The notes below the pieces were generated by a model, which worked only from the letters and a program-made list of their open reading frames with translations, had not been told where the DNA came from and searched no databases. 64,000 nucleotides of DNA, taken from IMG/VR virus record IMGVR_UViG_3300026549_000034, positions 96,001 through 160,000 of that record, one strand, 5' to 3'. Positions 11,101 to 20,664 of this stretch are shown here, in pieces. The DNA comes from a virus (Duplodnaviria; Caudoviricetes). Positions within the stretch are counted from its first letter, which is position 1. Each line of letters starts with the position of its first letter. The position numbers and the translations under genes were made by a program.

Positions 11101-14047
11101 AAATGTTATATGGAATTTTATAGCGCAAACATTTATACTTATACTTGGTATGGCTGGTATTGTACGATTACTTGGTGAAATAAACAATAAAAAATTAATT
11201 ACTGGTACTATTACATTATCAATTATAGGACTTATTATAATGGGATTAGGATTAGTATTTAATATTTTATATAAAACTTTATCTGATTCACAAGTTAATC
11301 AAAATGTTATATGGAATTTTGTATTTCAGTCATTAGTATTAGTTGGTGGTATTGGTGTTATAATGCTTTTATTAGGTAAAATGCCAATAGCATCAATATT
11401 AAAGGGTATTTTAGCAATTTCATTAATTGGTTTAATAATTTTAGGATTAGGCTATGTATTTGGATATATTGGTGATAAACTATTAAAATATGATAATGTA
11501 GTAGGCAAAATGTGGGCAGTAACAATGTCAATGCTTGGTATTGTTGCAGTATATTTGATAGCAACAGCAGCAATTGGTGCTTTGCTATTTGGTCCACAAG
11601 CTTTATTCGTAGGATTAGGAATATTAGCTATAGGATTAACTGCACTTATTGTGTGGGGTATGGCATATGCATTCAGTACAGTAATGGAAGTTGAACGTGA
11701 ATATAATATTTCTAGTAATAATAATAAAGTTAAAACCGCTATTGGTGGAATGTTTAGTGTTATTGAATATGCATTAGGTAAAGTAATTAATATGAATACC
11801 AGAATGAATATTTTTGGTGATGTTGATACTAATACATTTGGTGGTAAATTAGCTGCAGGATTTGAATCATATTTAGGAATGTTATTTGCAATTCCTAAAT
11901 TAATAATTGTTGGTTTGACTGTATTTATATTATGGGCTACGGCGCATGCAATGAAAAGTATTAATGAAGTATTACCAGATGAATCCGCAATGACTGCATT
12001 AAACGGTAAAGTAGATTTATTGTTCCAAGTAATTGAACATGCGGTACAAAAGATAATTAATTTGAATACTAGAAAAAAAATATTTGGTGATGTTGATACT
12101 AATACATTTAGTGGTAAATTAGCTGCAGGATTTGAATCATATTTAGGAATGTTATTTGCAATTCCAAATTTAATGATTATTGGATTATCAGTATTTATAT
12201 TATGGGCTACAGCACATGCAATGAAAAGTATTAATGAAGTATTACCAGATGAATCCGCAATGACTGCATTAAACGGTAAAGTAGATTTATTGTTCCAAGT
12301 AATTGAACATGCAGTACAAAAGATAATTAACTTAAATACTAGAAAAAAAATATTTGGTAATGTTGATACTAATACATTTGGTGGTAAATTAGCTGCAGGA
12401 TTTGAATCAATTGTTGGTATATTATTTACTGTTCCAAATTTAATGATTATTGGATTATCTGTATTTACATTATGGGGTACAGTTACGGCATTAAAAAATA
12501 TTACAGAAATAATACCAGATAAAACAGCATTAAATGGTCTTATTACAAAGGTTGATCTATTATTCCAAATAATTGAATATGCAGTACAAAAGATAATTAA
12601 TTTGAATACAAAAAATAATTCTAATTCATTAATTGGTAAAGCATTAAATTTTGTAGGATTAGGAAAACTTAAAAGTGGTGCTGATGCATTAGCTAATGCT
12701 GGTATAGTTGGCGTTGCAATTTTATCATTAAAAGGCATGGTTGACGGAATAAAGGAACTTAATGAAAAACTTCCAGATGCAAAAACAATGTTAAATATTA
12801 GACTTAAAATTAGTTTTTTATGTCAATCTATTATTGAAATTGTAAAGACTATAGCAAATATTAATAATTCATCAAATATCCCATTACTTGATAAATTACC
12901 TATCATAGGTCCAGTATTAAATAGAATATTACCAAAAAAGGAAGATGCAATATCTACAGCATTATATACACTAAATAATGTTGCAAATAATTTTGTAGAA
13001 CTTTCAAATAAATTATTAGATAAACCTCAATTAACTAATTTAAAGACAAAAATAATTGATTCATTAACATTATTTAATGATAGAGAAATTAAAGATGCAT
13101 TTGAAACAGATATATCTAAACGTAAAATATCAAATACAAAATATTTATTTAGCACAACATCAAAAATGCTTTTAGATATTTGTAAAGTATATAATAAACT
13201 ACCAAAAAATATTAATGAATTAAATCAAAATATATCTTCATTAATAGGTACATATTTAGGTCTTATTGAAACAATTATTACAAATATTATTCCGCAATCA
13301 GATGATATTAAAAGTGTATTTGATGAAGATGGTGTATTAGAACTTACATATAATTTCTTAAGGAAATCTGTAAAGCTAATAGATGAGTATGATGATCAAG
13401 ATAAGTATAATATTTTTGCAGATGGTATTGCTAAGATATATATAGAAACAATTGGTAAGATAACTAAAAATGACGAATTTTATAGACATACAGAAACATT
13501 AAAGACATACGTAGAAACAATTAATTCAATAGATATATCAAAGGTAGACAAGTTGACAAATCTTACTGATTCATTAAATGAATTTGGAAATAGATTTGAA
13601 GATATGGGATCATTTGTAAGAGCTATATCTGTAGATTTGACTACTGTATTGAATCATTTAGCTGATAAAATGACAGAAGCTAAAGAAACAATTAAGAATG
13701 CAGATAAGTTAAATGAAAATCGTAAGAAATCAATTAATGAATCTGTAAAAACAATAACTGAACTTATGAAACAAAAACTTGTTGTAAATATTGAAAATAC
13801 TTCTAATAATAGCACTGGAGAAACACCTACACCAGGTCCATCTACAGTAACAACTACTGGTACTACACCAACAACTACAACAACGTCAAAAGAAAATATA
13901 CCTGCAGGTGATGTAACTGGTAATGATAGCAAACAAACTATAGTACAACCATTTAGAGGATTAGGTATTAACAATAGTACTATAGAAATGTTATTGAATT
14001 CAGTAATAGAAGGAAATGCAGTAAAGGTAAAAATTATTAATAACTAA
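8108..14047 (+). CDS. Tape-measure-like protein with many hydrophobic helices and tandem repeats
   Basis: 1979 aa, helical, long multi-TM-like central region, 67-aa and 90-aa repeats, adjacent to tail genes. Confidence 0.65.
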   Translation: MADYSNLISALNDKGVNVNVRNSKIHTPSDQDGKQEELKVEYDLMDLICGIAGAALFGKTNMNDATKLSSLISGDMSQKSLYSHVKQIRNILEGTESKPLYVRLNDKITNTDKSINISGNMSEKILFEYVQKIHNILEGATERKPLYVKLSDKTIGGSVQNISFSGSGNIADTFASLIDKLKKGEGINTGIVKYFEKSLKHGGDLYNIFENLGKIGNNNKYKEIQEYVYNLNSIIESLIKLTDIGLIARLRIRINLNFIKNYINNDLLEIIKDIDNNFKNLDSHKIQGLNNVSELFDIVSTLGQLDITDRIKMYRNLKFIKHFLFKDILSIFEGINNTFDNDITETSVETINGLFGSIINNVSIKKELIDNAENSVNSIGILLAGNDKKFDETNLEGIIGIANIVNRLNPIFEKSALSLDNIKSYFDELQTIINGIIQDNVTTSIKLLYDEVDTLSNALSGFSTIDSKAFNKTISEIIKTLTKLNEKLKGENYFDSLLTKLSITKDTADDLNNTIEILNGISTISFESDKLIKFFEDLKKIETILSKFAANRKITSLGIESLNSLSEKLTVLIESFNKIKPETIKQITKLVQEVEKFLLISAGLLIIVGLIGHNLSFEDILKYIGVTTLLLIVIGGFITLLNIIPLKAIKRAYKILNSISSLIKQTAIAFGIIALVSKLTKPQDIIWFEILFSTLLFVIGEITLNLKQFKYAKEEKTVSDFSSLILSLSAALALGALVSKFIHIDEILTFGALLAGLIVAVSIPLLLLSVSGGTMIEGAHDLGLLILECTVGLLIGALFINNPDIKKGVDEFIWTYLGFVSGILLAVGIASRIAGNGGLEGIKGLSKVILFATGAMLIGAFLFSDEKIKEDIIQFALTLGLFIGLVSIAVGFGIKLMGENPMKTIIALNVLIVTIAGMMTFAAYVIKDIDKSLLWNFIGQVFTLILGMSGIVLLLSKIDNEKLKAGIIAISIIGLIVMGFGLVFSILYKTLSDSQVNQNVIWNFIAQTFILILGMAGIVRLLGEINNKKLITGTITLSIIGLIIMGLGLVFNILYKTLSDSQVNQNVIWNFVFQSLVLVGGIGVIMLLLGKMPIASILKGILAISLIGLIILGLGYVFGYIGDKLLKYDNVVGKMWAVTMSMLGIVAVYLIATAAIGALLFGPQALFVGLGILAIGLTALIVWGMAYAFSTVMEVEREYNISSNNNKVKTAIGGMFSVIEYALGKVINMNTRMNIFGDVDTNTFGGKLAAGFESYLGMLFAIPKLIIVGLTVFILWATAHAMKSINEVLPDESAMTALNGKVDLLFQVIEHAVQKIINLNTRKKIFGDVDTNTFSGKLAAGFESYLGMLFAIPNLMIIGLSVFILWATAHAMKSINEVLPDESAMTALNGKVDLLFQVIEHAVQKIINLNTRKKIFGNVDTNTFGGKLAAGFESIVGILFTVPNLMIIGLSVFTLWGTVTALKNITEIIPDKTALNGLITKVDLLFQIIEYAVQKIINLNTKNNSNSLIGKALNFVGLGKLKSGADALANAGIVGVAILSLKGMVDGIKELNEKLPDAKTMLNIRLKISFLCQSIIEIVKTIANINNSSNIPLLDKLPIIGPVLNRILPKKEDAISTALYTLNNVANNFVELSNKLLDKPQLTNLKTKIIDSLTLFNDREIKDAFETDISKRKISNTKYLFSTTSKMLLDICKVYNKLPKNINELNQNISSLIGTYLGLIETIITNIIPQSDDIKSVFDEDGVLELTYNFLRKSVKLIDEYDDQDKYNIFADGIAKIYIETIGKITKNDEFYRHTETLKTYVETINSIDISKVDKLTNLTDSLNEFGNRFEDMGSFVRAISVDLTTVLNHLADKMTEAKETIKNADKLNENRKKSINESVKTITELMKQKLVVNIENTSNNSTGETPTPGPSTVTTTGTTPTTTTTSKENIPAGDVTGNDSKQTIVQPFRGLGINNSTIEMLLNSVIEGNAVKVKIINN
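10905..11400 (+). repeat. 201-nt (67-aa) intragenic tandem repeat
   Basis: GGAATT anchor (WNF) at 10911, 11112 and 11313. Confidence 0.85.
11811..12620 (+). repeat. 270-nt (90-aa) intragenic tandem repeat, 3 copies
   Basis: FG(D/N)VDTNTF unit starts near 11813, 12083 and 12353; copies are near-identical in DNA. Confidence 0.92.
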
Positions 14048-14097
14048 TGACTAAATTCATTATTAATTATAATTATTATATATAAAGGATTTTTTAT

Positions 14098-14283
14098 ATG
14101 AAACATTACAATATATATTATAGAAATAGCAAAATAAACAACTATCCTATATCTGAAAAGGAATTAAAGGATAATATTATAAACAATACTGATAAGTTCA
14201 TATATAAAAAGGATATTATAACTAACAAAATAAATAAAATAAATAAAAATGACATTCATATTGTTGAGTGTATAGTTGTATAA
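14098..14283 (+). CDS. Small hypothetical protein
   Basis: 61-aa ORF tightly packed between tail genes. Confidence 0.6.
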   Translation: MKHYNIYYRNSKINNYPISEKELKDNIINNTDKFIYKKDIITNKINKINKNDIHIVECIVV

Positions 14284-14286
14284 GTT

Positions 14287-14892
14287 ATGTTGGGATTGAA
14301 AGGCAGAAGAGATGGATTTAGATTGTTACTTCCTAAAGAATTCTTATATAAAGACATAGAAGCAAAATATTCTGAAATCTTAAAACAGAAAAAAGGATAT
14401 TTTCGAAAGCCTATTGATTTTATTAATGAAAGTATACAACGTGTTCAAGTTCTTGGTTTTACTAATGCTTTTATAGAACAACAGCAACAACGTACAGGAA
14501 CACCGACAATAAAAATGAATAGAACTGAAGAAAATGCATTTCCATATCCTGCTTCTGAAAATGTATATAGATCTCCAGTTTCGGCAGCTTCTTTAATGGA
14601 TAAGACATTAAACATTGAATTTAGACATTCATTAGGATATCTTAACTATTTTATGCTATTTGAAAATTTCTGGTATATATATTCTAGGGACATGAAATAC
14701 TCAGATATATGTCATCAATTTTATGTAGACATTTTTAATGAGATTGGTGAAGTATATTGTAAAATAGAATTGGTTGATCCAATTATAAGTGGTATGGATA
14801 TGTTAGACTTAGACTTTACTCAACCAGTTGCACAATCAAGCTCATTTAAAATGGAGTTTAAATATAGCGATTTTAATTTTAAATTTATATAA
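14287..14892 (+). CDS. Tail tube-fold protein (T4 gp3/gp19-like)
   Basis: C-terminal pattern VDIFNE...KIEL..PII..MD.LDLDF....SFKMEFKYSDF typical of tube/terminator proteins; structural context. Confidence 0.55.
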   Translation: MLGLKGRRDGFRLLLPKEFLYKDIEAKYSEILKQKKGYFRKPIDFINESIQRVQVLGFTNAFIEQQQQRTGTPTIKMNRTEENAFPYPASENVYRSPVSAASLMDKTLNIEFRHSLGYLNYFMLFENFWYIYSRDMKYSDICHQFYVDIFNEIGEVYCKIELVDPIISGMDMLDLDFTQPVAQSSSFKMEFKYSDFNFKFI

Positions 14893-14904
14893 TTATTAGA
14901 AAAT

Positions 14905-17190
14905 ATGGCAACATTATATAATGCGGTTTCAAGAAATGGTGATAACAAAACAGAAAAATTATTATTGACATTCTCTGATCTTGTATATATTCATGATGCT
15001 GGTGGATATGATTTAGCAAATGATTGTATAGATGCAGATGCAACTAATATGCCAAATTTTACGCATCATAATAAATATTCATATATTTATACGGGCAGTC
15101 ATAATTATTTGTCAACCACAACAAATATTGCTAGTGATGACCCATATGTAACTATAGAAAACAATACATCGAACAAGAAAATAACTAGATTACGTCGAAC
15201 ATTACCTTATGTAAAAGATCTTTCTACATTTGATAATGGTACTAATCAAATGTTTTATTTTAAAGATAAATATTATACTCCTTATGTTATTCATATAGGA
15301 TTAGAACCACATAGTAATTGTATATCATCTCAGTATCAAGCTTATTATCCAAATAATCGCAGTGCATATTGGACAGGATCAAGTTATACATATACATACT
15401 TACCAAATATTTCATTATATAGTGATATGTATTGCGGTTTATTTAAAGCTACTGATTCTGCCAATGATCCAACTAATGATCTAACGCAATATTCACCGGC
15501 ATCACATATAATAGGAAATGCTAAGTCAACATCTCCATTTTCATACGCTTATTATTTAGGATCATATTTTTATAGATATGTATGGAGAGGTCGTGAAGAA
15601 AATGACGCAAATATTAATACTCATTATAGTGATCCTTTACAACAATGTGTACGACCAGATTGGAATATATTTTCTCGTAATCCTGCAGTTATTAGATTAA
15701 ATAATGGTTTAGCTAATGGTATAAATATTGCGTCAGCTATATCATACATAGATTTAGTAGTTGAATTTAATGCAAATTATGTTAATAATATATTAGGCAC
15801 AAATCTTAATAAATATGTAATAGCAAGGCATACTAATGATACTTATGGTGATGCTAGTGGCGTAGCAAATAAATTTTATTTTAGATTTGGTAGATATACT
15901 AGTAATACTACTTTTGGAGAAAGATATTGGGGTTCAACTGATGATATGGATTGGGGCATATATAATACACAATCACATGCTGTAGAAAGCGCTGTACATA
16001 ATACTAATGCATTTGACTTTGGAAAAGATGATTCAAATATATCAATATTAACAAGATTTGCTGATTTATTAAATTATAATTGTACTACTTATTTTAATAA
16101 TTTAGGAAATGACTTTATAGATGCTAATCAATATGTGTCAAATACTAAATTAGTAATTAAATCTGATTATAGTCCAAATTTTAATGCAACCATTAAAGCA
16201 TTACATATACATGTTGTAAACAATACATCATATATTAATTCATATAATTCATGTTCTATTATAGAAAATCAATATCAATATTGGTATGCAAGAATTGGTA
16301 CGGCATTTAGAAAAAATATGATAAATATATATGTAAATAACGGTTTAATTAATCAGGATACACCATGGGGATGGGATAGTTCTCTTGCTGCAAAAAATGC
16401 ATGTACACCTATACATATATATAGTGGTCCAATAAATGAAAATGGTGGAAATAAACCAATGTATGGAGAAGATGGTGAATCATCAAATAGAAAATATATG
16501 TATTTTAATGGTAATGCTATTATTGAAGATTGTATACCTCTAGACTATTTACAAAGCTCTGTCACAAGCTCTGTCACCCAATATATAGATACTGGCATTC
16601 TCCCAAATAAAAACACCCACATATATATAGAATTTACACCAACAACAATACCTTCACAAGATCCAACCGATCAAAATTCATATAATGTGTATTTTTGTGG
16701 TGCCGCTATGCGTAATAATGTACGTTGGAATATAGGTTTTAACAAAGTAGGCGGTAATTCAAAAATATTTGCTCAATATAATGGAAATAAGGATGAAATA
16801 CCTATCACTTTAATAACAGGTACAAAATATTGGGCAGAATTATATAATGCAAATGATTTTATAACACTTAAATGTGGCACAGATGGTTCAACATTCGGTG
16901 AAATTCAAATTTCACCCGCAGATGATGTATCCACAACCCTTACGCGAACAATTCGTTTATTTGGTTCAAACGCTAGTTCAAACGCTTCAACTAATAATTT
17001 AATATCAAAATGGTCAGGCAAAATACATTGTTGTAAAATATGGAATGGTGATAAGACTGATGCTAATTTATTAATGGATTTAATACCTGTTTCATATAAT
17101 GATACTTATACCAAATGTATGTATGATAGAATATCTAAAAGACTTTTGTATAATAATGGTACTGGGTCATTTACAGGTGGAAATTTTTAA
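14905..17190 (+). CDS. Putative tail fibre / receptor-binding protein with C-terminal LamG-like module
   Basis: 761 aa, N/Y/T-rich; C-terminal YIDTGI...GKIHCCKIWNG...DLIPV...MYDRIS...NGTGSF module typical of gut-phage tail proteins. Confidence 0.55.
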   Translation: MATLYNAVSRNGDNKTEKLLLTFSDLVYIHDAGGYDLANDCIDADATNMPNFTHHNKYSYIYTGSHNYLSTTTNIASDDPYVTIENNTSNKKITRLRRTLPYVKDLSTFDNGTNQMFYFKDKYYTPYVIHIGLEPHSNCISSQYQAYYPNNRSAYWTGSSYTYTYLPNISLYSDMYCGLFKATDSANDPTNDLTQYSPASHIIGNAKSTSPFSYAYYLGSYFYRYVWRGREENDANINTHYSDPLQQCVRPDWNIFSRNPAVIRLNNGLANGINIASAISYIDLVVEFNANYVNNILGTNLNKYVIARHTNDTYGDASGVANKFYFRFGRYTSNTTFGERYWGSTDDMDWGIYNTQSHAVESAVHNTNAFDFGKDDSNISILTRFADLLNYNCTTYFNNLGNDFIDANQYVSNTKLVIKSDYSPNFNATIKALHIHVVNNTSYINSYNSCSIIENQYQYWYARIGTAFRKNMINIYVNNGLINQDTPWGWDSSLAAKNACTPIHIYSGPINENGGNKPMYGEDGESSNRKYMYFNGNAIIEDCIPLDYLQSSVTSSVTQYIDTGILPNKNTHIYIEFTPTTIPSQDPTDQNSYNVYFCGAAMRNNVRWNIGFNKVGGNSKIFAQYNGNKDEIPITLITGTKYWAELYNANDFITLKCGTDGSTFGEIQISPADDVSTTLTRTIRLFGSNASSNASTNNLISKWSGKIHCCKIWNGDKTDANLLMDLIPVSYNDTYTKCMYDRISKRLLYNNGTGSFTGGNF

Positions 17191-17232
17191 ATAAGATTTT
17201 TTCATATATTATTAAAATTTTGTTCATAGTTT

Positions 17233-17261
17233 TTGAATTTTTTGTTTTTTTATACTATATT
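17233..17261 (+). promoter_or_regulatory. Class A promoter candidate TTGAAT-N17-TATATT
   Basis: Exact motif and spacing. Confidence 0.65.
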
Positions 17262-17290
17262 TATTTAGTAAATTAAAAAATTCAAAAATT

Positions 17291-17530
17291 ATGAACAAAA
17301 GTATTTTAAAAGGAATTGTTATCTACAGTTTGGTAATTTTCTTTATGATGTCCGTTTTAGTAGCAGACATAACAATTGTTCCTATGATCATTACATTGAT
17401 TCTTATTGGAATGTCTTTTAATACCATTTCCAATATGAGTTCTGAAGAAGTTTACAAAGCAACGGGCATTACATTTCTTCAGAATAAGTTCAAGAATAAT
17501 GCATTAATCCAAAGTTTGACAGAAGAATAA
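17291..17530 (+). CDS. Small membrane protein
   Basis: 79 aa, two hydrophobic segments. Confidence 0.7.
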   Translation: MNKSILKGIVIYSLVIFFMMSVLVADITIVPMIITLILIGMSFNTISNMSSEEVYKATGITFLQNKFKNNALIQSLTEE

Positions 17531-17539
17531 TTTAAAAAT

Positions 17540-17917
17540 ATGAAACGTAAAGAAGCATTCCTAAGAAAGGGAGAAAAGATATTTAGTTATAACTTCGGTA
17601 CCACTTATAATAGGGCTAATACTAATCGCTGGTATTCTGATCATACACTCGAACAAATGACTTATCTATGGGATCATAATTATATTGAATGGTCAAAACC
17701 AATGGTCAATCTTGGAGAATGTCCTGATCATAAGTTTATTCAATTCACTAAATCTGGTGCACGATGGAGAGAATGGTATGAAATGTCACATTGGGATTGG
17801 ATTAAGTATCATGTTCTCGGATATATGTTTTGGCTTTATAGAGTATATTATCCTATTCATAAGCATATTTTTAGAAAACCTTATCCTTGGGAGGGATATG
17901 AAGGTTATATAGAATAA
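17540..17917 (+). CDS. Hypothetical Trp/Tyr-rich protein
   Basis: 125-aa ORF. Confidence 0.7.
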   Translation: MKRKEAFLRKGEKIFSYNFGTTYNRANTNRWYSDHTLEQMTYLWDHNYIEWSKPMVNLGECPDHKFIQFTKSGARWREWYEMSHWDWIKYHVLGYMFWLYRVYYPIHKHIFRKPYPWEGYEGYIE

Positions 17918-18096
17918 TTATATGCATAATATATATAGAAATATGTCATCTGATAATATTCTGTTAATCCAGATTCATCTATAATTGTTATTTAATATAA
18001 TTTTATATAATTTGACATATCATCACATAGAATGTAGTTATGTGTGAATTTTTATTTTTGAAATTTTTGCAGTAATTTTACTATTTTATATTTGTA

Positions 18097-18255
18097 ATGA
18101 ATGACAATGATATTAAAGATTTACTGATAACTTATAGATCTATTTCTCAATTAATGATAGAACATAAGTTAACAAAAGATAATTCGTTTATGAGAGTAAA
18201 GAATTTTCTTGCAAATATGATATGTGATAACTTAAAAGATGGTCAACAAATTTAA
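18097..18255 (+). CDS. Small hypothetical protein (52 aa, not in ORF track)
   Basis: MNDNDIKDLLITYRSISQLMIEHK...DGQQI*, behind a promoter-like motif at 18058. Confidence 0.55.
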   Translation: MNDNDIKDLLITYRSISQLMIEHKLTKDNSFMRVKNFLANMICDNLKDGQQI

Positions 18256-18267
18256 TATTTTATAATT

Positions 18268-19440
18268 ATGATACTTAATACAAAGGGATATGCTTATAAT
18301 GATGTGACTATTGTTCCTGCAAAAATTTCAGATATTACTTCTAGAAGTGAGTGCAATCCATATATCAAAAATACAGAATTGCCAATATTTACTGCGCCAA
18401 TGGCAAGTGTTGTTGATGATAGTAATTATAATATTTTTCTACAAAACAAAATAACACCAATTATTCCAAGAAATATTGACATAAAAACTCGTATTTTGTT
18501 GATGAATAAAGAAATATGGGTTGCATTGTCATTAAGGGAATTTAAAGATTTGTTCATTAATAATTATAAAGATAGAATTGATGAATGTTGTAATCATTAT
18601 CATATATGTGTTGATATTGCTAATGGTCATATGAAGTCTTTGTATGATAAATGCCTTGTTGCAAAAATACATGCAAGTTATAACAAGTATGAATTGACTA
18701 TAATGACTGGCAATATTGCTAATCCAGAAACATATAAATGGATTTGCAACCTTAATGATACTAGTGATATTAAAGTTATAGATTATATACGATGTGGAAT
18801 TGGTTCTGGTGCTGGTTGTATTACTTCATCAAATACATCTATTCATTATCCTATGGCTTCATTGATTGATGAATGCTATCAAATCTATAAACATTATAAA
18901 AACTATACATCTAAAGATATATGTCCAGAAATTATAGCTGATGGTGGTATTAGAAATTATTCTGATGTCATTAAGGCATTGGCTCTCGGTGCTAATTATG
19001 TTATGATTGGCGGTCTTTTTTCACAATGTATTGAATCTGCCGGAGATAAATATAGTATGAATCAACTTAATAAAATAGATATGAGATTCAATTATAATGC
19101 ATGGGTAGAAGATTCATTACGAATAAATGAAAATGGTGAATGGTTTGGACATATTAAAGAATTGAAAGATGAAAAATATATTGGTCAATTACATGTAAAG
19201 TTCTTTGGTATGGCTTCAGCAGATGGTCAAAAATCTATATCTGGCCGGAAGACAAAGACTGCGGAAGGCATTACAAAAATGTTGCCAGTAAAATATAAGT
19301 TATCTTCATGGATAGAAAATATGACAAGCTATCTTCGTTCTGCAATGTCATATACAAATTGCAAAACGCTTAATGATTTTATTGGAAAACAAACATTAAT
19401 TCCAAATAGTATTTCAGAAATACAATCAGTGAACAAGTAA
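18268..19440 (+). CDS. guaC: GMP reductase / IMP dehydrogenase family protein (no CBS domains)
   Basis: DIANGH, GIGSGAGCIT catalytic Cys loop, ADGGIRNYSDVIKALALGA, FFGMAS, AEG; no IMPDH flap RY dyad seen. Confidence 0.8.
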   Translation: MILNTKGYAYNDVTIVPAKISDITSRSECNPYIKNTELPIFTAPMASVVDDSNYNIFLQNKITPIIPRNIDIKTRILLMNKEIWVALSLREFKDLFINNYKDRIDECCNHYHICVDIANGHMKSLYDKCLVAKIHASYNKYELTIMTGNIANPETYKWICNLNDTSDIKVIDYIRCGIGSGAGCITSSNTSIHYPMASLIDECYQIYKHYKNYTSKDICPEIIADGGIRNYSDVIKALALGANYVMIGGLFSQCIESAGDKYSMNQLNKIDMRFNYNAWVEDSLRINENGEWFGHIKELKDEKYIGQLHVKFFGMASADGQKSISGRKTKTAEGITKMLPVKYKLSSWIENMTSYLRSAMSYTNCKTLNDFIGKQTLIPNSISEIQSVNK

Positions 19441-19443
19441 ACA

Positions 19444-19725
19444 TTATAGACAAAGTAATATACCAATTATTACACCGATAATATTTGATTTTACATCATT
19501 AATATCAAACTTACCATCACGAATATAGCTATCAATTAATAGTTCTTTAACTACTATGCCAATAAACAATGTTATACAACAACTAAGTAGTAAATTATTG
19601 CTAATGTTAAAGCATAATATATATAATATGGTTGATATATATGCATGTAAAACAGAATCTAATTTGATATGTTCTATATAGTTAGTATATAAATTATTGA
19701 TAAAATTTTTTAATGTTTGCTTCAT
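19444..19725 (-). CDS. Small membrane protein (VanZ-like)
   Basis: D..LH...; KE..D; D...N..G pattern with three hydrophobic segments. Confidence 0.6.
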   Translation of the reverse strand: MKQTLKNFINNLYTNYIEHIKLDSVLHAYISTILYILCFNISNNLLLSCCITLFIGIVVKELLIDSYIRDGKFDINDVKSNIIGVIIGILLCL

Positions 19726-19788
19726 ATTAAATAAATAAAATATTTTTACTATTTAATATTTAATAATAACTATTTAATTTTAATAATT

Positions 19789-19968
19789 ATGAACAGAGTT
19801 ATAGAAATTTTGATGAAACGTGATGGTATAGATGAAGAATATGCAGAAAAGCTTGTTAAAGAAACACGTGATGAGATTATGTGCAGTGATATTATGATGG
19901 CTGATGATATCATAATGGACTATCTTGGCTTGGAACCTGATTATTTGGAAGATATATTATATTTTTAA
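19789..19968 (+). CDS. Small hypothetical protein (59 aa, not in ORF track)
   Basis: MNRVIEILMKRDGIDEEYAEKLV...YLGLEPDYLEDILYF*. Confidence 0.7.
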   Translation: MNRVIEILMKRDGIDEEYAEKLVKETRDEIMCSDIMMADDIIMDYLGLEPDYLEDILYF

Positions 19969-19980
19969 GTTGTAAAAATT

Positions 19981-20196
19981 ATGAATGTTGGTTGTCAATT
20001 TCTTATTTTAGCATTTTTGATCATAATGATTGTATATGGAGGTATTATTTGGTGTATACAATTATTATGGAATTGGCTTGCACCGTTGTTTTGGATGAAT
20101 GCACCAGAATTGACATATCTAGAAACTGCAGGATGTGTCTTACTTATAGCAATAATTAGTGGTTTAATATTTAACAAAAACAATAATAAAGACTAA
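19981..20196 (+). CDS. Small membrane protein
   Basis: 71 aa, two TM segments, LWNWLAPLF motif. Confidence 0.7.
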   Translation: MNVGCQFLILAFLIIMIVYGGIIWCIQLLWNWLAPLFWMNAPELTYLETAGCVLLIAIISGLIFNKNNNKD

Positions 20197-20201
20197 ATAT
20201 A

Positions 20202-20546
20202 ATGAAAGTTACTAAAGAAAACATAAATAGTATTCAATATATACCAGGGTGCAAAACATCAAATGATTTAGATGAAGCAAAAAATATATTGGAAAGTCTT
20301 TTGATAGATGTTGAAGGAATAAATCAAATTCTAGAAGATACTGGTTTACAACATAAGCAAATATATATTAATTATATTGATGAACATAGCGAATATTCAC
20401 CAGAACGTACTGATCCATGTCCTGACTATTACGGTATGTTTTTACTAGTATTTAAAAATAATGAATACAAAACTGTAGGATGTGAAATGACTATTGATGA
20501 GCTAGATACCGTTATATGTGCATTATATAATTTTATTGAATATTAA
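20202..20546 (+). CDS. Hypothetical protein
   Basis: 114-aa ORF. Confidence 0.7.
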   Translation: MKVTKENINSIQYIPGCKTSNDLDEAKNILESLLIDVEGINQILEDTGLQHKQIYINYIDEHSEYSPERTDPCPDYYGMFLLVFKNNEYKTVGCEMTIDELDTVICALYNFIEY

Positions 20547-20664
20547 CTTGTCAAATGGTGTTAAAATGTGTTATCTTCGGTGTTTCTTTTTACATCTGTT
20601 AAACTTAAATATTGCTGATAATAATTTATATAAAATATACAAAATCATTCATTAGATGTAAGAT

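Noticed and set aside
11811-12620. Long direct repeats as a possible CRISPR array or DGR template/variable pair
   Set aside because: In-frame coding repeats with no unique spacers; no cas or reverse transcriptase gene in the window
11452-12738. 428-aa antisense ORF inside the tape-measure-like gene (also 8890-9498, 10153-10722, 13654-13974)
   Set aside because: Shadow of hydrophobic, repeated codons on the coding strand; no independent motifs
20547-20664. TTACATCT/AGATGTAA inverted repeat in an intergenic gap
   Set aside because: Only 8 bp with a long AT-rich spacer; compatible with chance
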